The notes under the pieces: model-generated | What the model saw: the letters and a program-made list of their open reading frames with translations, nothing else | What the model was told of the DNA's origin: nothing | The model's database searches: none | Assembly: GCA_964349465.1 (NCBI GenBank) | Contig: CAYGGC010000001.1 | Coordinates: forward strand, 124,375 to 188,374 | DNA from: an uncultured Gammaproteobacteria bacterium | GTDB lineage: Bacteria; Patescibacteriota; Patescibacteriia; SBBC01; CAIJZX01 | Length of the DNA stretch: 64,000 nucleotides | Direction of reading: 5' to 3' | Translations under genes and position numbers: made by a program | In this document: positions 8,441 through 17,902 of the stretch, in pieces | Numbering within the stretch: the first letter of the stretch is position 1 | Layout of the letters: each line of letters begins with the position of its first letter

Positions 8441-10105
8441 ATGGTTAACCGGGATTCAAACGTAGTCCGAATATTCTTGCGAGCGTGGTTATGGTGCTAT
8501 CGGTCGAATGTGCTACTTGGTCTAGCTGTTTTTTTATTCGCCCTAGTACCACGGGTCATGACACCGTCGGGTCAATTTCTTGATCCTGACTCGGCCGCAT
8601 ATTGGCTACCAAGAATAAAGGAGTTTCTAAACGGACTCCGCGGACAAGGGATCGAGCACTTAGCCCCGGCGAGCCATCCTGGTGTACCCCTGCTCTGGTT
8701 GACGGCGCCGGTTGAGTGGATTCATCAAACGTACCATCCGTGGCAAAAAATGGCTGATCCACTAGTTTCATACTTGGGAGCTTTAAAGTTCCCGATAGCG
8801 CTTGCTACAAGCGGCCTCGCGACTTTACTTTGGTCACTATTACGGCGAGTGGTCACACGATCATTGGCAATTACCACTGCTTTCGTCTTTGCGACCGATC
8901 CATTGTATTTGGTGTTTTCGCGATACCTGCACCTTGATGCATTGCTTTCAGGATTCCTAATTACCGGTCTAGTTAGTCTTTGGGTTGGACTGCGCTTGTC
9001 ACGTGATCGCTGGATATTTTTAGCAGGCTGCTTGCTAGCCCTGGCAACGTTAACGAGGATTAACGGGATCATTGGGGTTGTCTTCGCGCTTGCAACCATT
9101 GCGATTGTGTCGTTGAAGAATGTACATCTTTTTTGGCGGCGTAGTATCCTTTTTCTATGCGCCTGTTTTGTGACGATTGTGGTTGTATGGCCGCCGGTAG
9201 TGGTAGTACCGTCGCATGTTTTAGCGACGCAGAACCGTAACCTAGCCATGGCCCTGAGTGTTCACGAAGTTCCACCAGGGGTCGACATTATCCCTTGGAT
9301 ACGTGCTTTGCTGTACCCGATTTTTTTACTGACCCGCGAGTTTCCAATTTTCCTGGTCCTTGGACTGTATGGTGTAACGGCTGGCTGGAGACAACGATTG
9401 CGAACCGAATCGTTACTGGTACGGTTGCTATCTATATTTGCTGTAACATATTGGATATTTTTGTTGCTCGGGCCCAAAAAAATTGATCGATATATTCTTC
9501 CCGAGGTCGGGCCGTTAAGTTTTTTTATTGCGTTCGGTTTGCAAACGCTCTGGTCCAAGCTGGGTCAGTGGCCCCGGTCTAACTGGGTTCGTGGAATTGT
9601 ATGCTTTCTTGTGGCAGTCCAGTTGATCTTGTTCTGGAGATTAGCGCCCTATTTTCAAACCTATCAGAATGTATTCGCTGATGTATTGCGCCAAACCCCG
9701 CTACAGGCTTCGCAGGCCCTTGACCCGGCCTGGGGAGAAGGGATGGCGGAAGCGGTTGCTTATCTTAAAAATACCTCAACCGAGCTTCCTTCTACCGCTA
9801 GTTCGTTTGCTGGAGTACTTTGTGCGTTAGGGCAGACACATACGGTCGAGGCATACCCACTTTCGGCAACACCTCGTCTGTCATGTCCACCGGGATTGCG
9901 CTTGCTTGAAACACCGGCGGACGCTACCTACCTCATCCTTTCTCGCGATCAAATTGCGCAACGGATATATCCGAAACTCCTTGATGATATCGATCGGCTT
10001 GGTTGGCAACCGGAAAAAGTTATTTCGATCAACGGCGTTCCGTACATCTCTATCTACCGCAATCGCGGAGGTTTAGACGAGCACTATTCGCTGACAGGTC
10101 GATAG
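8441..10105 (+). CDS. GT-C fold glycosyltransferase, ArnT/PMT-like, paralog 2.
   Basis: Same architecture as 6818-8437. The C-terminal ~40 aa and ~125 bp are nearly identical to paralog 1. Confidence 0.6.
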   Translation: MVNRDSNVVRIFLRAWLWCYRSNVLLGLAVFLFALVPRVMTPSGQFLDPDSAAYWLPRIKEFLNGLRGQGIEHLAPASHPGVPLLWLTAPVEWIHQTYHPWQKMADPLVSYLGALKFPIALATSGLATLLWSLLRRVVTRSLAITTAFVFATDPLYLVFSRYLHLDALLSGFLITGLVSLWVGLRLSRDRWIFLAGCLLALATLTRINGIIGVVFALATIAIVSLKNVHLFWRRSILFLCACFVTIVVVWPPVVVVPSHVLATQNRNLAMALSVHEVPPGVDIIPWIRALLYPIFLLTREFPIFLVLGLYGVTAGWRQRLRTESLLVRLLSIFAVTYWIFLLLGPKKIDRYILPEVGPLSFFIAFGLQTLWSKLGQWPRSNWVRGIVCFLVAVQLILFWRLAPYFQTYQNVFADVLRQTPLQASQALDPAWGEGMAEAVAYLKNTSTELPSTASSFAGVLCALGQTHTVEAYPLSATPRLSCPPGLRLLETPADATYLILSRDQIAQRIYPKLLDDIDRLGWQPEKVISINGVPYISIYRNRGGLDEHYSLTGR

Positions 10106-10131
10106 GTTCTATGGTATGCTGATAACCATCT

Positions 10132-10815
10132 ATGGCTGAACTCCTTGACCCAAACGGAATCGTCCCGGTTCCGCCCAAACCAAAAATCCGTCCGATGACA
10201 CTGGTGATGCTTTTATTGTATCCGATAGTCCTGGGTGTTGGGACCGCGGTAGGGTTTGTCATTGGCGTCGCCCAAGGGAAAAAGGATACGACGACCCAGC
10301 AGAATCAGAATGTGACACCAATCAACACCTCGGTCATTCCGAGCGCGAATACCAACGTGGGGACGAATACCATCAACGCCAATACCAATGTCAGTAATGT
10401 TTTTCTGAACTCCAACAGCGCTTTGAGCGGGGGAGACTACTTGCAGCTTGATGCCGCCACGACCGCCAGCCTCCAACAACAGCAGCAGCGCGACGAAGCA
10501 CAATACGTCACAACCTCAGGAACGGTCACAGATCAGCTTCGTCAAAAAGATCTGATAGCTTTGAAGTACAACCTGAAAGCGTATTTTACTGTCAAAGGGA
10601 GTTACCCCTCAACCGGCGGTGCTCAGATCAAGCTCGATAAAACCGAAACGGATGTTTTTTATTCTGCCATGAAGACGTTTTATGGGGGGAGCTTTAATCA
10701 TCGGATCGACCCCGAGTCGCCGACCTATTACTATGGCTACACATCTGATGGCTCGACGTTTACTTTGACCTGCTACCTCGTTGGACCAAAGCAAGTCTTT
10801 ACGTTGACTCAATAA
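10132..10815 (+). CDS. Hypothetical membrane-anchored protein with an Asn/Thr/Gln-rich low-complexity linker and a C-terminal globular domain.
   Basis: N-terminal TM segment (LVMLLLYPIVLGVGTAVGFVIGV), N/T-rich repeats, C-terminal YYYGYTSDGSTFTLTCY. Confidence 0.5.
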   Translation: MAELLDPNGIVPVPPKPKIRPMTLVMLLLYPIVLGVGTAVGFVIGVAQGKKDTTTQQNQNVTPINTSVIPSANTNVGTNTINANTNVSNVFLNSNSALSGGDYLQLDAATTASLQQQQQRDEAQYVTTSGTVTDQLRQKDLIALKYNLKAYFTVKGSYPSTGGAQIKLDKTETDVFYSAMKTFYGGSFNHRIDPESPTYYYGYTSDGSTFTLTCYLVGPKQVFTLTQ

Positions 10816-10825
10816 TTTTTTACAC

Positions 10826-12091
10826 ATGACTACTCAGACCCTGCCGAATGGCCTGCGCGTTTTAACCGTTCCCTTACACGACACGAAGGCGGTCACTGTT
10901 TTCGTCTTTGCGAAAGTTGGCTCACGACATGAAACTCGCACCATCAATGGTATTTCCCATTTTATTGAGCACATGATGTTTAAAGGGACCAAGAAGCGAC
11001 CACAAACGGCAATCATTGCTCGTGAACTCGATGGGGTCGGCGCGGCCTATAATGCCTTTACGTCAAAAGACTGGACCGGCTATTACGTGAAGCTGACCCA
11101 CGAACGGACTGAATTGGCGCTCGACTTAGTTAGCGATATTTTACGCAACTCAACCTTCCCAAAAGCAGAAATCGAAAAAGAACGTGGCGCGGTCATCGAA
11201 GAGATCAATATGTATGACGACAATCCGATGATGTCGATCGACGATTTGTTTGAACGGCACGTCTTCGGCGATCACCCGGTCGGTTGGAATATCGCCGGCC
11301 CACGTGAGGTTATTAAGACCGTGACCCGCGAAACGATGATTACCTATCGCGATAAGTATTACCACGCCGGGAATATGCTGGTCGTCGTGGCCGGTCATTT
11401 GCCAGCCGATATCAACAAACGAATATTGCGCCATTTTGGTTCGGTCCGACGCCGAGCCTCAACGCCAACCGCGAAACCATATCTCGCGCCGAAAGCCGGG
11501 CCAGTCGTTACGGTTAAAACAAAAACCGTCGAGCAAACGCAAATTGGACTCGGGACCCGGTCCTTTTCTTACACTGACAAGCGGCAACCCGCTTTGCAAC
11601 TCCTGTCGACGATACTTGGTGGTGGTATGAGCTCCCGATTATTCATTAAGGTTCGGGAACGGCGGGGATTGTGCTATTCGATTCATTCCAGCACCAGCCC
11701 GTACGAAGATACCGGCGCGTTTATGATTCAGGCGGGCCTGGATAATCGTCGATTAGCGATCGCCCTGAAGGTGATCGTCGGCGAGCTTCGCCGTTTAAAG
11801 ACAACCCTGATTCCAGCGGCCGAGTTGCAACGCGCAAAAGATCAAATTAGTGGTCGAACGCTGATTGGTTTTGAGGATTCTGATGCGTTAGCGACGTGGT
11901 ATGGCCGGCAAGCCTTGTTTTACCCGAAAGTTTCTTCACCCGAAGAAACGTTAAAAAAGATTCAGGCGGTGACGGCGAAGGATATTCAAGCGGTCGCGAA
12001 ACAGCTCTTTACGCCCGCGAATCTTCGATTAGCGATTATCGGACCGATGAAAAACGCCGATCACTTGGCGGATATTTTGCGCCAGGTCTAG
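10826..12091 (+). CDS. M16 family zinc metallopeptidase (insulinase-like).
   Basis: HxxEH zinc motif in HFIEHMMFKGT and two-domain M16 length. Confidence 0.85.
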   Translation: MTTQTLPNGLRVLTVPLHDTKAVTVFVFAKVGSRHETRTINGISHFIEHMMFKGTKKRPQTAIIARELDGVGAAYNAFTSKDWTGYYVKLTHERTELALDLVSDILRNSTFPKAEIEKERGAVIEEINMYDDNPMMSIDDLFERHVFGDHPVGWNIAGPREVIKTVTRETMITYRDKYYHAGNMLVVVAGHLPADINKRILRHFGSVRRRASTPTAKPYLAPKAGPVVTVKTKTVEQTQIGLGTRSFSYTDKRQPALQLLSTILGGGMSSRLFIKVRERRGLCYSIHSSTSPYEDTGAFMIQAGLDNRRLAIALKVIVGELRRLKTTLIPAAELQRAKDQISGRTLIGFEDSDALATWYGRQALFYPKVSSPEETLKKIQAVTAKDIQAVAKQLFTPANLRLAIIGPMKNADHLADILRQV

Positions 12092-12131
12092 CCTGGTTGC
12101 GGAATTCGGCCATTATCGGTAGACTATCCCC

Positions 12132-13181
12132 ATGGCTCAACCCTCCACGAACGTCAATATTTCCACGACCACCATTTTTAAGGTGGTATTGATTGGTTTA
12201 GCAATTTGGTTCTTGGCGACGATTAGTCAGGTGCTGATTATCGTGTTTGTGGCTTTGGTTCTGGCGGCGGCGATCGATCCGTGGATTACCCGCCTCGAGC
12301 GGATGGGCATGGCTCGTGGTTGGGCGATGACGATTATCTTTGTTAGCGCGATGGCGCTTTTGTCGCTGATTGTTATTTTGTTCGTCCCGCTGGTCGTCGA
12401 TCAGCTCGGCAAATTTACGCAGGCCTTCCCGAAACTCTACGAACGGATATTTAGTCTCTATCAGAATAACCAAGATAGCGTCGCCCTCGACACGATTCAA
12501 AAGGGTCTCCAGAACTTGAACAGCGCCCTGTCCGACGTAACGAAAGGCGTCTTTAGCAGCGTCTTTGGATTCTTTGGCGGATTGGTTTCAGTCATCAGCG
12601 TCTTGGTCTTAACCTTCTACCTGACCCTCGAAGAAAAGGGGATGAAGCGGATTGCGGTTGATCTGGCGCCGGCAAAATATCGCCCCTATCTGATTCAGTT
12701 GTTTAATCGGGTGGAAGACCGCTTGGGTGATTGGCTTCGCGGACAGATTATTCTCGGACTCATTATCGGTATGTTGACGCTGATCGGCTTGCTCGTCTTT
12801 AAAGTCGAATTCGCGGTCGTCCTAGCATTGATTGCCGGTGTGACGGAGTTGATTCCGATCATTGGTCCGTTCATTGGTGCCATTCCGGCCGTGATTGTCG
12901 CGTTCTCTCAAGACCCAGTTCTGGCCCTGATCGTCATGGGGCTCTATATCGTTATTCAACAACTCGAAAATAACCTGATCGTGCCGCGGGTTATGTCGAA
13001 AGCGACCGGCTTGAATCCGGTGATTGTGATTGTGTCTATTCTCGTCGGTGGAAAAGTCGCGGGCATTACAGGTGTAATCCTCGCCGTCCCAACGATGATT
13101 ATCATCACGACGTTCCTCGAAGATTTCCTGGAAGAGAAAAAAGCCGATGATATGCGGCTCGAGCCAACGCCGAAAGGATAA
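12132..13181 (+). CDS. AI-2E family transporter (PerM/YhhT-like, UPF0118).
   Basis: Eight-TM profile and a conserved C-terminal region. Upstream TTGCGG-17-TAGACT with the -10 ending 6 nt before the ATG. Confidence 0.8.
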   Translation: MAQPSTNVNISTTTIFKVVLIGLAIWFLATISQVLIIVFVALVLAAAIDPWITRLERMGMARGWAMTIIFVSAMALLSLIVILFVPLVVDQLGKFTQAFPKLYERIFSLYQNNQDSVALDTIQKGLQNLNSALSDVTKGVFSSVFGFFGGLVSVISVLVLTFYLTLEEKGMKRIAVDLAPAKYRPYLIQLFNRVEDRLGDWLRGQIILGLIIGMLTLIGLLVFKVEFAVVLALIAGVTELIPIIGPFIGAIPAVIVAFSQDPVLALIVMGLYIVIQQLENNLIVPRVMSKATGLNPVIVIVSILVGGKVAGITGVILAVPTMIIITTFLEDFLEEKKADDMRLEPTPKG

Positions 13182-13192
13182 ATCCTCTCGCC

Positions 13193-13861
13193 GTGGGTAA
13201 GCTCTATATTGTCGGAACGCCAATCGGTAATTTGGAAGATCTCACGTTTCGCGCGAAACGAATATTGTCGTCGGTCAGCGTCGTTGCTTGCGAAGATACT
13301 CGCGTGACGCGGAAACTGTTATCGCACTACGAAATTGAGGTGGCGACGATTGCTGTCCACCATCACTCCACCCCAACCGAGCTCGATCGAGTTCTTGATC
13401 GGACAACTGAGGCAGACGTGGCGGTTGTGACCGACGCTGGCATGCCTGGTGTCTCGGACCCGGGCGGAAAACTCGTGGCGCGGGCCCTCGAACGAGGGAT
13501 TGCTGTCGAAACGGTACCTGGTCCAAGCGCACTCACGACGGCGACATCTCTAGCGGGCTGGGCGACGGATCAGTTTTTGTTTCTCGGATTCCTACCGCAC
13601 AAGAAAGGCCGCGAGACGCTCTTCAAGCGAATTGCCGAAACGGAAGAGTCGGTGATACTCTATGAATCGCCACATCGGATTCTTAAGACCCTTGAATCCT
13701 TATTGAGAATGATTCCCAATAGGCCGATCGCGGTTGCGCGTGAGCTGACGAAGATTCACGAGTCGGTGGTGCGTGGTACACCGGACATGGTCCTGAAACA
13801 TTTTACTGATCACCCCGATCAGGTCCGCGGTGAAATTGTTTTGATGATAGCCCCGTTATGA
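13193..13861 (+). CDS. rsmI: 16S rRNA (cytidine1402-2'-O)-methyltransferase RsmI.
   Basis: LYIVGTPIGNLEDLTFRA...ACEDTR N-terminal signature of tetrapyrrole-methylase-like RsmI. Confidence 0.85.
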   Translation: MGKLYIVGTPIGNLEDLTFRAKRILSSVSVVACEDTRVTRKLLSHYEIEVATIAVHHHSTPTELDRVLDRTTEADVAVVTDAGMPGVSDPGGKLVARALERGIAVETVPGPSALTTATSLAGWATDQFLFLGFLPHKKGRETLFKRIAETEESVILYESPHRILKTLESLLRMIPNRPIAVARELTKIHESVVRGTPDMVLKHFTDHPDQVRGEIVLMIAPL

Positions 13862-15303
13862 AAAAAATCTCTCTCACAACAACGCTACCGTATGTAAACT
13901 CAGATCCGCACATCGGTTTTGCGCTAGAAATTATCCAAGCTGATATCATTGCACGTTGGTATGCCCAGCAAGGCTACGACATCTTTTTTAATACGGGCAC
14001 AGACGAACACGGCGTCAAGATTTTTCGTAAAGCGCAAGAAGAAGGGAAAGAGGTTCAAGTCTATGTTAATGAATACGCGGCGAAGTTTGATCAATTAAAA
14101 CAAGCGCTGAACCTTTCCTACAATTCATTTATTCGGACAACTGACCCGAAGCATGTCGCCGCGGCGCAGGAATTTTGGAAACAGTGTCTCGCTCACGGCG
14201 ATATCTATAAAAAGCAGTACTCGGTAAAATATTGCAGTGGTTGTGAGCTCGAAAAAACTGATTCGGAACTCGATCATGGCCGATGTATTCTGCACCCCAA
14301 TCTGGTCATCGAAAATATTTCTGAAGAAAACTATTTCTTCAAATTTACGAAGTATCAAGAACCACTGCTGAAACTCTACACCGAATATCCGGAATTCGTT
14401 GTGCCGGCCCACCGGCTCAAGGAAATCAAAACCTTTGTCGAAGGCGGATTGCAAGACTTCAGTATCTCGCGGTTGAAGGAGAAAATGCCGTGGGGTGTAC
14501 CGGTGCCGGATGATGAAGCGCAGGTCATGTATGTCTGGTTCGACGCCTTAGTAAATTATATTTCCTGTCTTGGCTGGCCCGACAAGAAGTTTTCTGACTG
14601 GTGGCCATCGATCCAGTTTGCCGGGAAGGATAATTTGCGCCAGCAGTCGGCGATGTGGCAGGCGATGTTGATGTCCGCCGAGATCGCGCCTTCGCAGCAA
14701 ATTGTGATTCATGGATTTATTACGAGTGGTGGACAGAAGATGTCGAAGTCGCTCGGGAACGTCATCGATCCGTTCAGCGTCGTCGAGAAGTACGGGACGG
14801 ACGCGTTACGGTATTTCCTGGCGCGACACGTGAAACCGTTTGAAGATAGCGATTTTACCATTGAACGATTGCATGAAGTCTATAGCGCTGATTTAGCGAA
14901 CGGACTCGGGAATCTTGTGTCTCGGGTGACGAATATGTTGGAAAAATATTGTGGCGGTGTATTTACACGGACCCAGATGCTTGGTTCCGAAACGCTTAAC
15001 GCCTATACGAGCTCGCTCAAAAGCTATCGTTTTGATGAAGCACTAGCGACGGTTTGGAGCTTAGTTGATCAGGCGAATAAATTGATTGACGACACGGCGC
15101 CGTGGAAAATGGCAAAAGAGGGAAAAGAAGCCGAGATTCGGCCCTTGCTTAACGAGTTAGCGAATCGTATTCTCGATCTGAACGAACTACTGACGCCGTT
15201 CATGCCAGCGACGGTTGAAAAAATTACGAATGCGTTTGCGCAGCCAGTGAAGAAGGCGGAGCCATTATTTCCGCGACTTGAGGATTCGCAAAAAGGAGAG
15301 TAA
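13858..15303 (+). CDS. metG: Methionine--tRNA ligase, minimal form.
   Basis: PHIG(F) HIGH-like motif and KMSKS. There is no C-terminal tRNA-binding extension. Confidence 0.9.
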   Translation: MKKISLTTTLPYVNSDPHIGFALEIIQADIIARWYAQQGYDIFFNTGTDEHGVKIFRKAQEEGKEVQVYVNEYAAKFDQLKQALNLSYNSFIRTTDPKHVAAAQEFWKQCLAHGDIYKKQYSVKYCSGCELEKTDSELDHGRCILHPNLVIENISEENYFFKFTKYQEPLLKLYTEYPEFVVPAHRLKEIKTFVEGGLQDFSISRLKEKMPWGVPVPDDEAQVMYVWFDALVNYISCLGWPDKKFSDWWPSIQFAGKDNLRQQSAMWQAMLMSAEIAPSQQIVIHGFITSGGQKMSKSLGNVIDPFSVVEKYGTDALRYFLARHVKPFEDSDFTIERLHEVYSADLANGLGNLVSRVTNMLEKYCGGVFTRTQMLGSETLNAYTSSLKSYRFDEALATVWSLVDQANKLIDDTAPWKMAKEGKEAEIRPLLNELANRILDLNELLTPFMPATVEKITNAFAQPVKKAEPLFPRLEDSQKGE

Positions 15304-15312
15304 TCTATTTGT

Positions 15313-15843
15313 ATGAACTGGTTTGATATCATTCTCGCGGTTTCCCTGATCGGTTTTGTGTGGGGCGGTTTTTGGACCGGCCTGATTCAATCGATTGGCG
15401 GTATTATCGGACTCTTCCTCGGACAATTGCTCGCTTCGCGGCTGTATGAACCGTTTGCCGGGGTGATCGAGCCACTCTTTAAGGGGAATACCGTCGCGGC
15501 GAAAATTGCCGCTTTTCTCTTACTCTTTTTGTTGATTACGCGATTGATCGGACTGGTTTTTATGTTGATCGAAAAAATGTTTAACCTGGTCGCGATTTTC
15601 CCGGGGATCAAAACGCTTAATCGACTCGGTGGCGCCCTCTTGGGATTTCTTGAAGGTGCCTTGTTTATCGGTATCGCCCTGCAATTTATTGTTCACTTGC
15701 CGATCAGCTTGCCATTTGCCGAGAACATTGAGAAGTCGGTTCTGGCGGGTATCGCGCTCGCGGTCAGTGGCTGGCTTGTGCCGTTGTTCCCGAAAATTCT
15801 CAAGGACGCGACGAACGCGGTTGATGCGGTGGTACCAAAATGA
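15313..15843 (+). CDS. cvpA: CvpA family membrane protein.
   Basis: MNWFDIILAVSLIGFVWGGFWTGLIQ and a four-TM profile. Confidence 0.7.
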   Translation: MNWFDIILAVSLIGFVWGGFWTGLIQSIGGIIGLFLGQLLASRLYEPFAGVIEPLFKGNTVAAKIAAFLLLFLLITRLIGLVFMLIEKMFNLVAIFPGIKTLNRLGGALLGFLEGALFIGIALQFIVHLPISLPFAENIEKSVLAGIALAVSGWLVPLFPKILKDATNAVDAVVPK

Positions 15844-16634
15844 AACTGATCGACGTCCACGCTCATGTTCAGGCGAGCGAGTTTGATGCCGATCGTGAGG
15901 AAGTTATTCAACGAAGTCTCGACGCTGGGATCGGGATGATTGTGGTTGGCACGACGATAACCGATAGCCTCGCGGCGATTCGTTTGGCTCAAGGCCACGC
16001 AACCGATCCGGTCTACGCTGCCGTCGGCGTGCATCCGACTGATGAAGATATTGAAGGAATCCATCCGGCCCAGCTTCACGCGCTCGTCGGTGACAAGAAA
16101 GTGGTCGCGATTGGGGAGTGTGGGCTCGATTATTATCGTCTCGATCCGGATGATACCGAAACTCGCCAGCTCCAACAAGACGTGTTCGACCAGCATATTT
16201 TGCTCGCGGCTCAGTCGCACCTGCCGTTGGTTATTCATTGTCGCGACCGGGACAATGTTTATGATGCCTACGAGGATGTGCTCGTCTCGCTCGCGCGGCA
16301 GCAGTCCACGAACTTTGTCATGCATTGTTATTCTGGAACCTGGGAGATCGCGGAAAAGTTTCTCGAGCGCGGCGGTTACCTCTCGTTCACCGGGATTGTG
16401 ACGTTTCCGAAAAGCGAGACGATGCAAGAGGTCGCGAAAAAAACTCCGGCTGATAAAATCCTGGTTGAAACTGACGCGCCGTTTCTCGCGCCGGTGCCGC
16501 ACCGGGGCCAACGGAATGAACCGGCTAATGTGGCTGATACGGCCGCAACGATCGCGCAGCTTCGCGGAGTCAGCCTGGATGAATTTTCCGCCCAGGTCGT
16601 GAAGAATGCCCAGCAATTTTTTAAACTGCCCTAG
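15840..16634 (+). CDS. tatD: TatD family metal-dependent DNase/hydrolase.
   Basis: IDVHAHV start, with conserved His/Glu/Asp residues of the TIM-barrel TatD family. Confidence 0.85.
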   Translation: MKLIDVHAHVQASEFDADREEVIQRSLDAGIGMIVVGTTITDSLAAIRLAQGHATDPVYAAVGVHPTDEDIEGIHPAQLHALVGDKKVVAIGECGLDYYRLDPDDTETRQLQQDVFDQHILLAAQSHLPLVIHCRDRDNVYDAYEDVLVSLARQQSTNFVMHCYSGTWEIAEKFLERGGYLSFTGIVTFPKSETMQEVAKKTPADKILVETDAPFLAPVPHRGQRNEPANVADTAATIAQLRGVSLDEFSAQVVKNAQQFFKLP

Positions 16635-16676
16635 AAGCTTTTTTGGCCGAGCCGTGGTATACTACTCTTATCAGGT

Positions 16677-17840
16677 ATGAACTCCTCAACCAATCCAGTT
16701 ATGCGGGCGTTTGTGGCCTTCCAGGAGTGGGTCACGAAGCAATGGCAGAGTGGTAACCGTGGCGGCGCCATCCTTGCCTACGCGGTCGTTGTGTTTGGTG
16801 GTTGGTGGCTTATCGAAAAGTTCTTTGGGTATTTTGTTGCCATCGGCCTCGCGGTGTATTTTCTTCGTCGTTACTTCCGTCGACCAGGGCACGCGCCGCC
16901 GCGCCCCGTCACGGCGTCCTCGCCGGGCCCGAAAGTTACCGTTATGCCTCGACCCCCAGAACCAAGTTCAACCTCAAAAAATTCTTCAACGAATTATCAG
17001 CCCCCGTCTATGAAAATCTCCGTTCGTCTCGTCAGTATCGTTATCGCCCTCGTCATCGTCGGGATCCTCTTTACCCGCTTCCTGGTGGTCATCCCAGCCG
17101 GAACGGTTGGCGTCTACTCACTCTTCGGTAAGGTCAGCCCAAATGAAATGTCGTCAGGGTTGAATCTCGTAAACCCGCTCGGCAAGGTTGAAAAAATGTC
17201 AATCCGGACTGAGCAATATACGATGAGCGTGGCCCGTGAAGAAGGGAATCGTGTTGGTGATGATTCGATCGATGCGCTCACCAAAGAAGGCTTGCAGCTG
17301 AAACTCGACATTACGGTGCTCTATAGCCTTCAATCCGCCAAAGCCTCGGATGTGTATGTTCAGCTCGGACGTGGGTTTGCCGATAAAGTTATTCGCCCGG
17401 AAATTCGCTCGGCGATTCGTGAGGTCGCGGCGCAATATGACGCAAACGCGGTCTATTCCGAAAAGCGAACGGAAATGACAACCAAGATTGACGAAGCGTT
17501 AGCGGCGTCGTTGTTACCACGCGGTATCACCGTCGAAGATGTCCTGCTCCGGAACGTGATTCTGCCGCAAAAACTTTCCGATAGCATTCAGGAAAAACTT
17601 CAAGCCGATCAAGAACAGCAACGCTACGATTTCGTGCTTCAGAAAGAAGAAAAAGAAGCCGAGCGGAAACGAATCGAAGCGGCTGGTCAACGCGATGCGC
17701 AAAAAATTATCGCTGATGGTTTGACCCCAAACTACCTGAACTATCTCTATATCCAAAATCTCAAAGAAAATAAGGGCACGGTCTATGTACCGACCGATCC
17801 GTCAAGCGGCTTACCGCTGTTCAGGGGCGTGAATCAGTAA
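16677..17840 (+). CDS. SPFH/band-7 (prohibitin/HflC-like) membrane protein with an N-terminal Pro/Ser-rich extension.
   Basis: TM segment followed by an SPFH domain (VYSLFGKVSPNEMSSGLNLVNPLGKVEKMS) and a C-terminal coiled-coil. Confidence 0.75.
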   Translation: MNSSTNPVMRAFVAFQEWVTKQWQSGNRGGAILAYAVVVFGGWWLIEKFFGYFVAIGLAVYFLRRYFRRPGHAPPRPVTASSPGPKVTVMPRPPEPSSTSKNSSTNYQPPSMKISVRLVSIVIALVIVGILFTRFLVVIPAGTVGVYSLFGKVSPNEMSSGLNLVNPLGKVEKMSIRTEQYTMSVAREEGNRVGDDSIDALTKEGLQLKLDITVLYSLQSAKASDVYVQLGRGFADKVIRPEIRSAIREVAAQYDANAVYSEKRTEMTTKIDEALAASLLPRGITVEDVLLRNVILPQKLSDSIQEKLQADQEQQRYDFVLQKEEKEAERKRIEAAGQRDAQKIIADGLTPNYLNYLYIQNLKENKGTVYVPTDPSSGLPLFRGVNQ

Positions 17841-17846
17841 AGACTC

Positions 17847-17878
17847 AAAAACCGCCGTCGTCTGACGGCGGTTTTTTA
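17847..17878. terminator. Bidirectional rho-independent terminator.
   Basis: AAAACCGCCGTCgtctGACGGCGGTTTTTT: an A-tract, a 9-bp stem and a T-tract. Confidence 0.7.
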
Positions 17879-17902
17879 TACTAAAAAAGCCCCTGAGACA
17901 TC

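Noticed and set aside
15693-16616. 307-aa minus-strand ORF antisense to tatD, plus the numerous 60-250-aa antisense ORFs inside dnaE, gatB, atpA/atpD, pheT, gyrB and the helicase gene
   Set aside because: All lie opposite well-supported conserved genes in GC-rich DNA where stop codons are rare on the antisense strand. None has an RBS or recognisable motifs.
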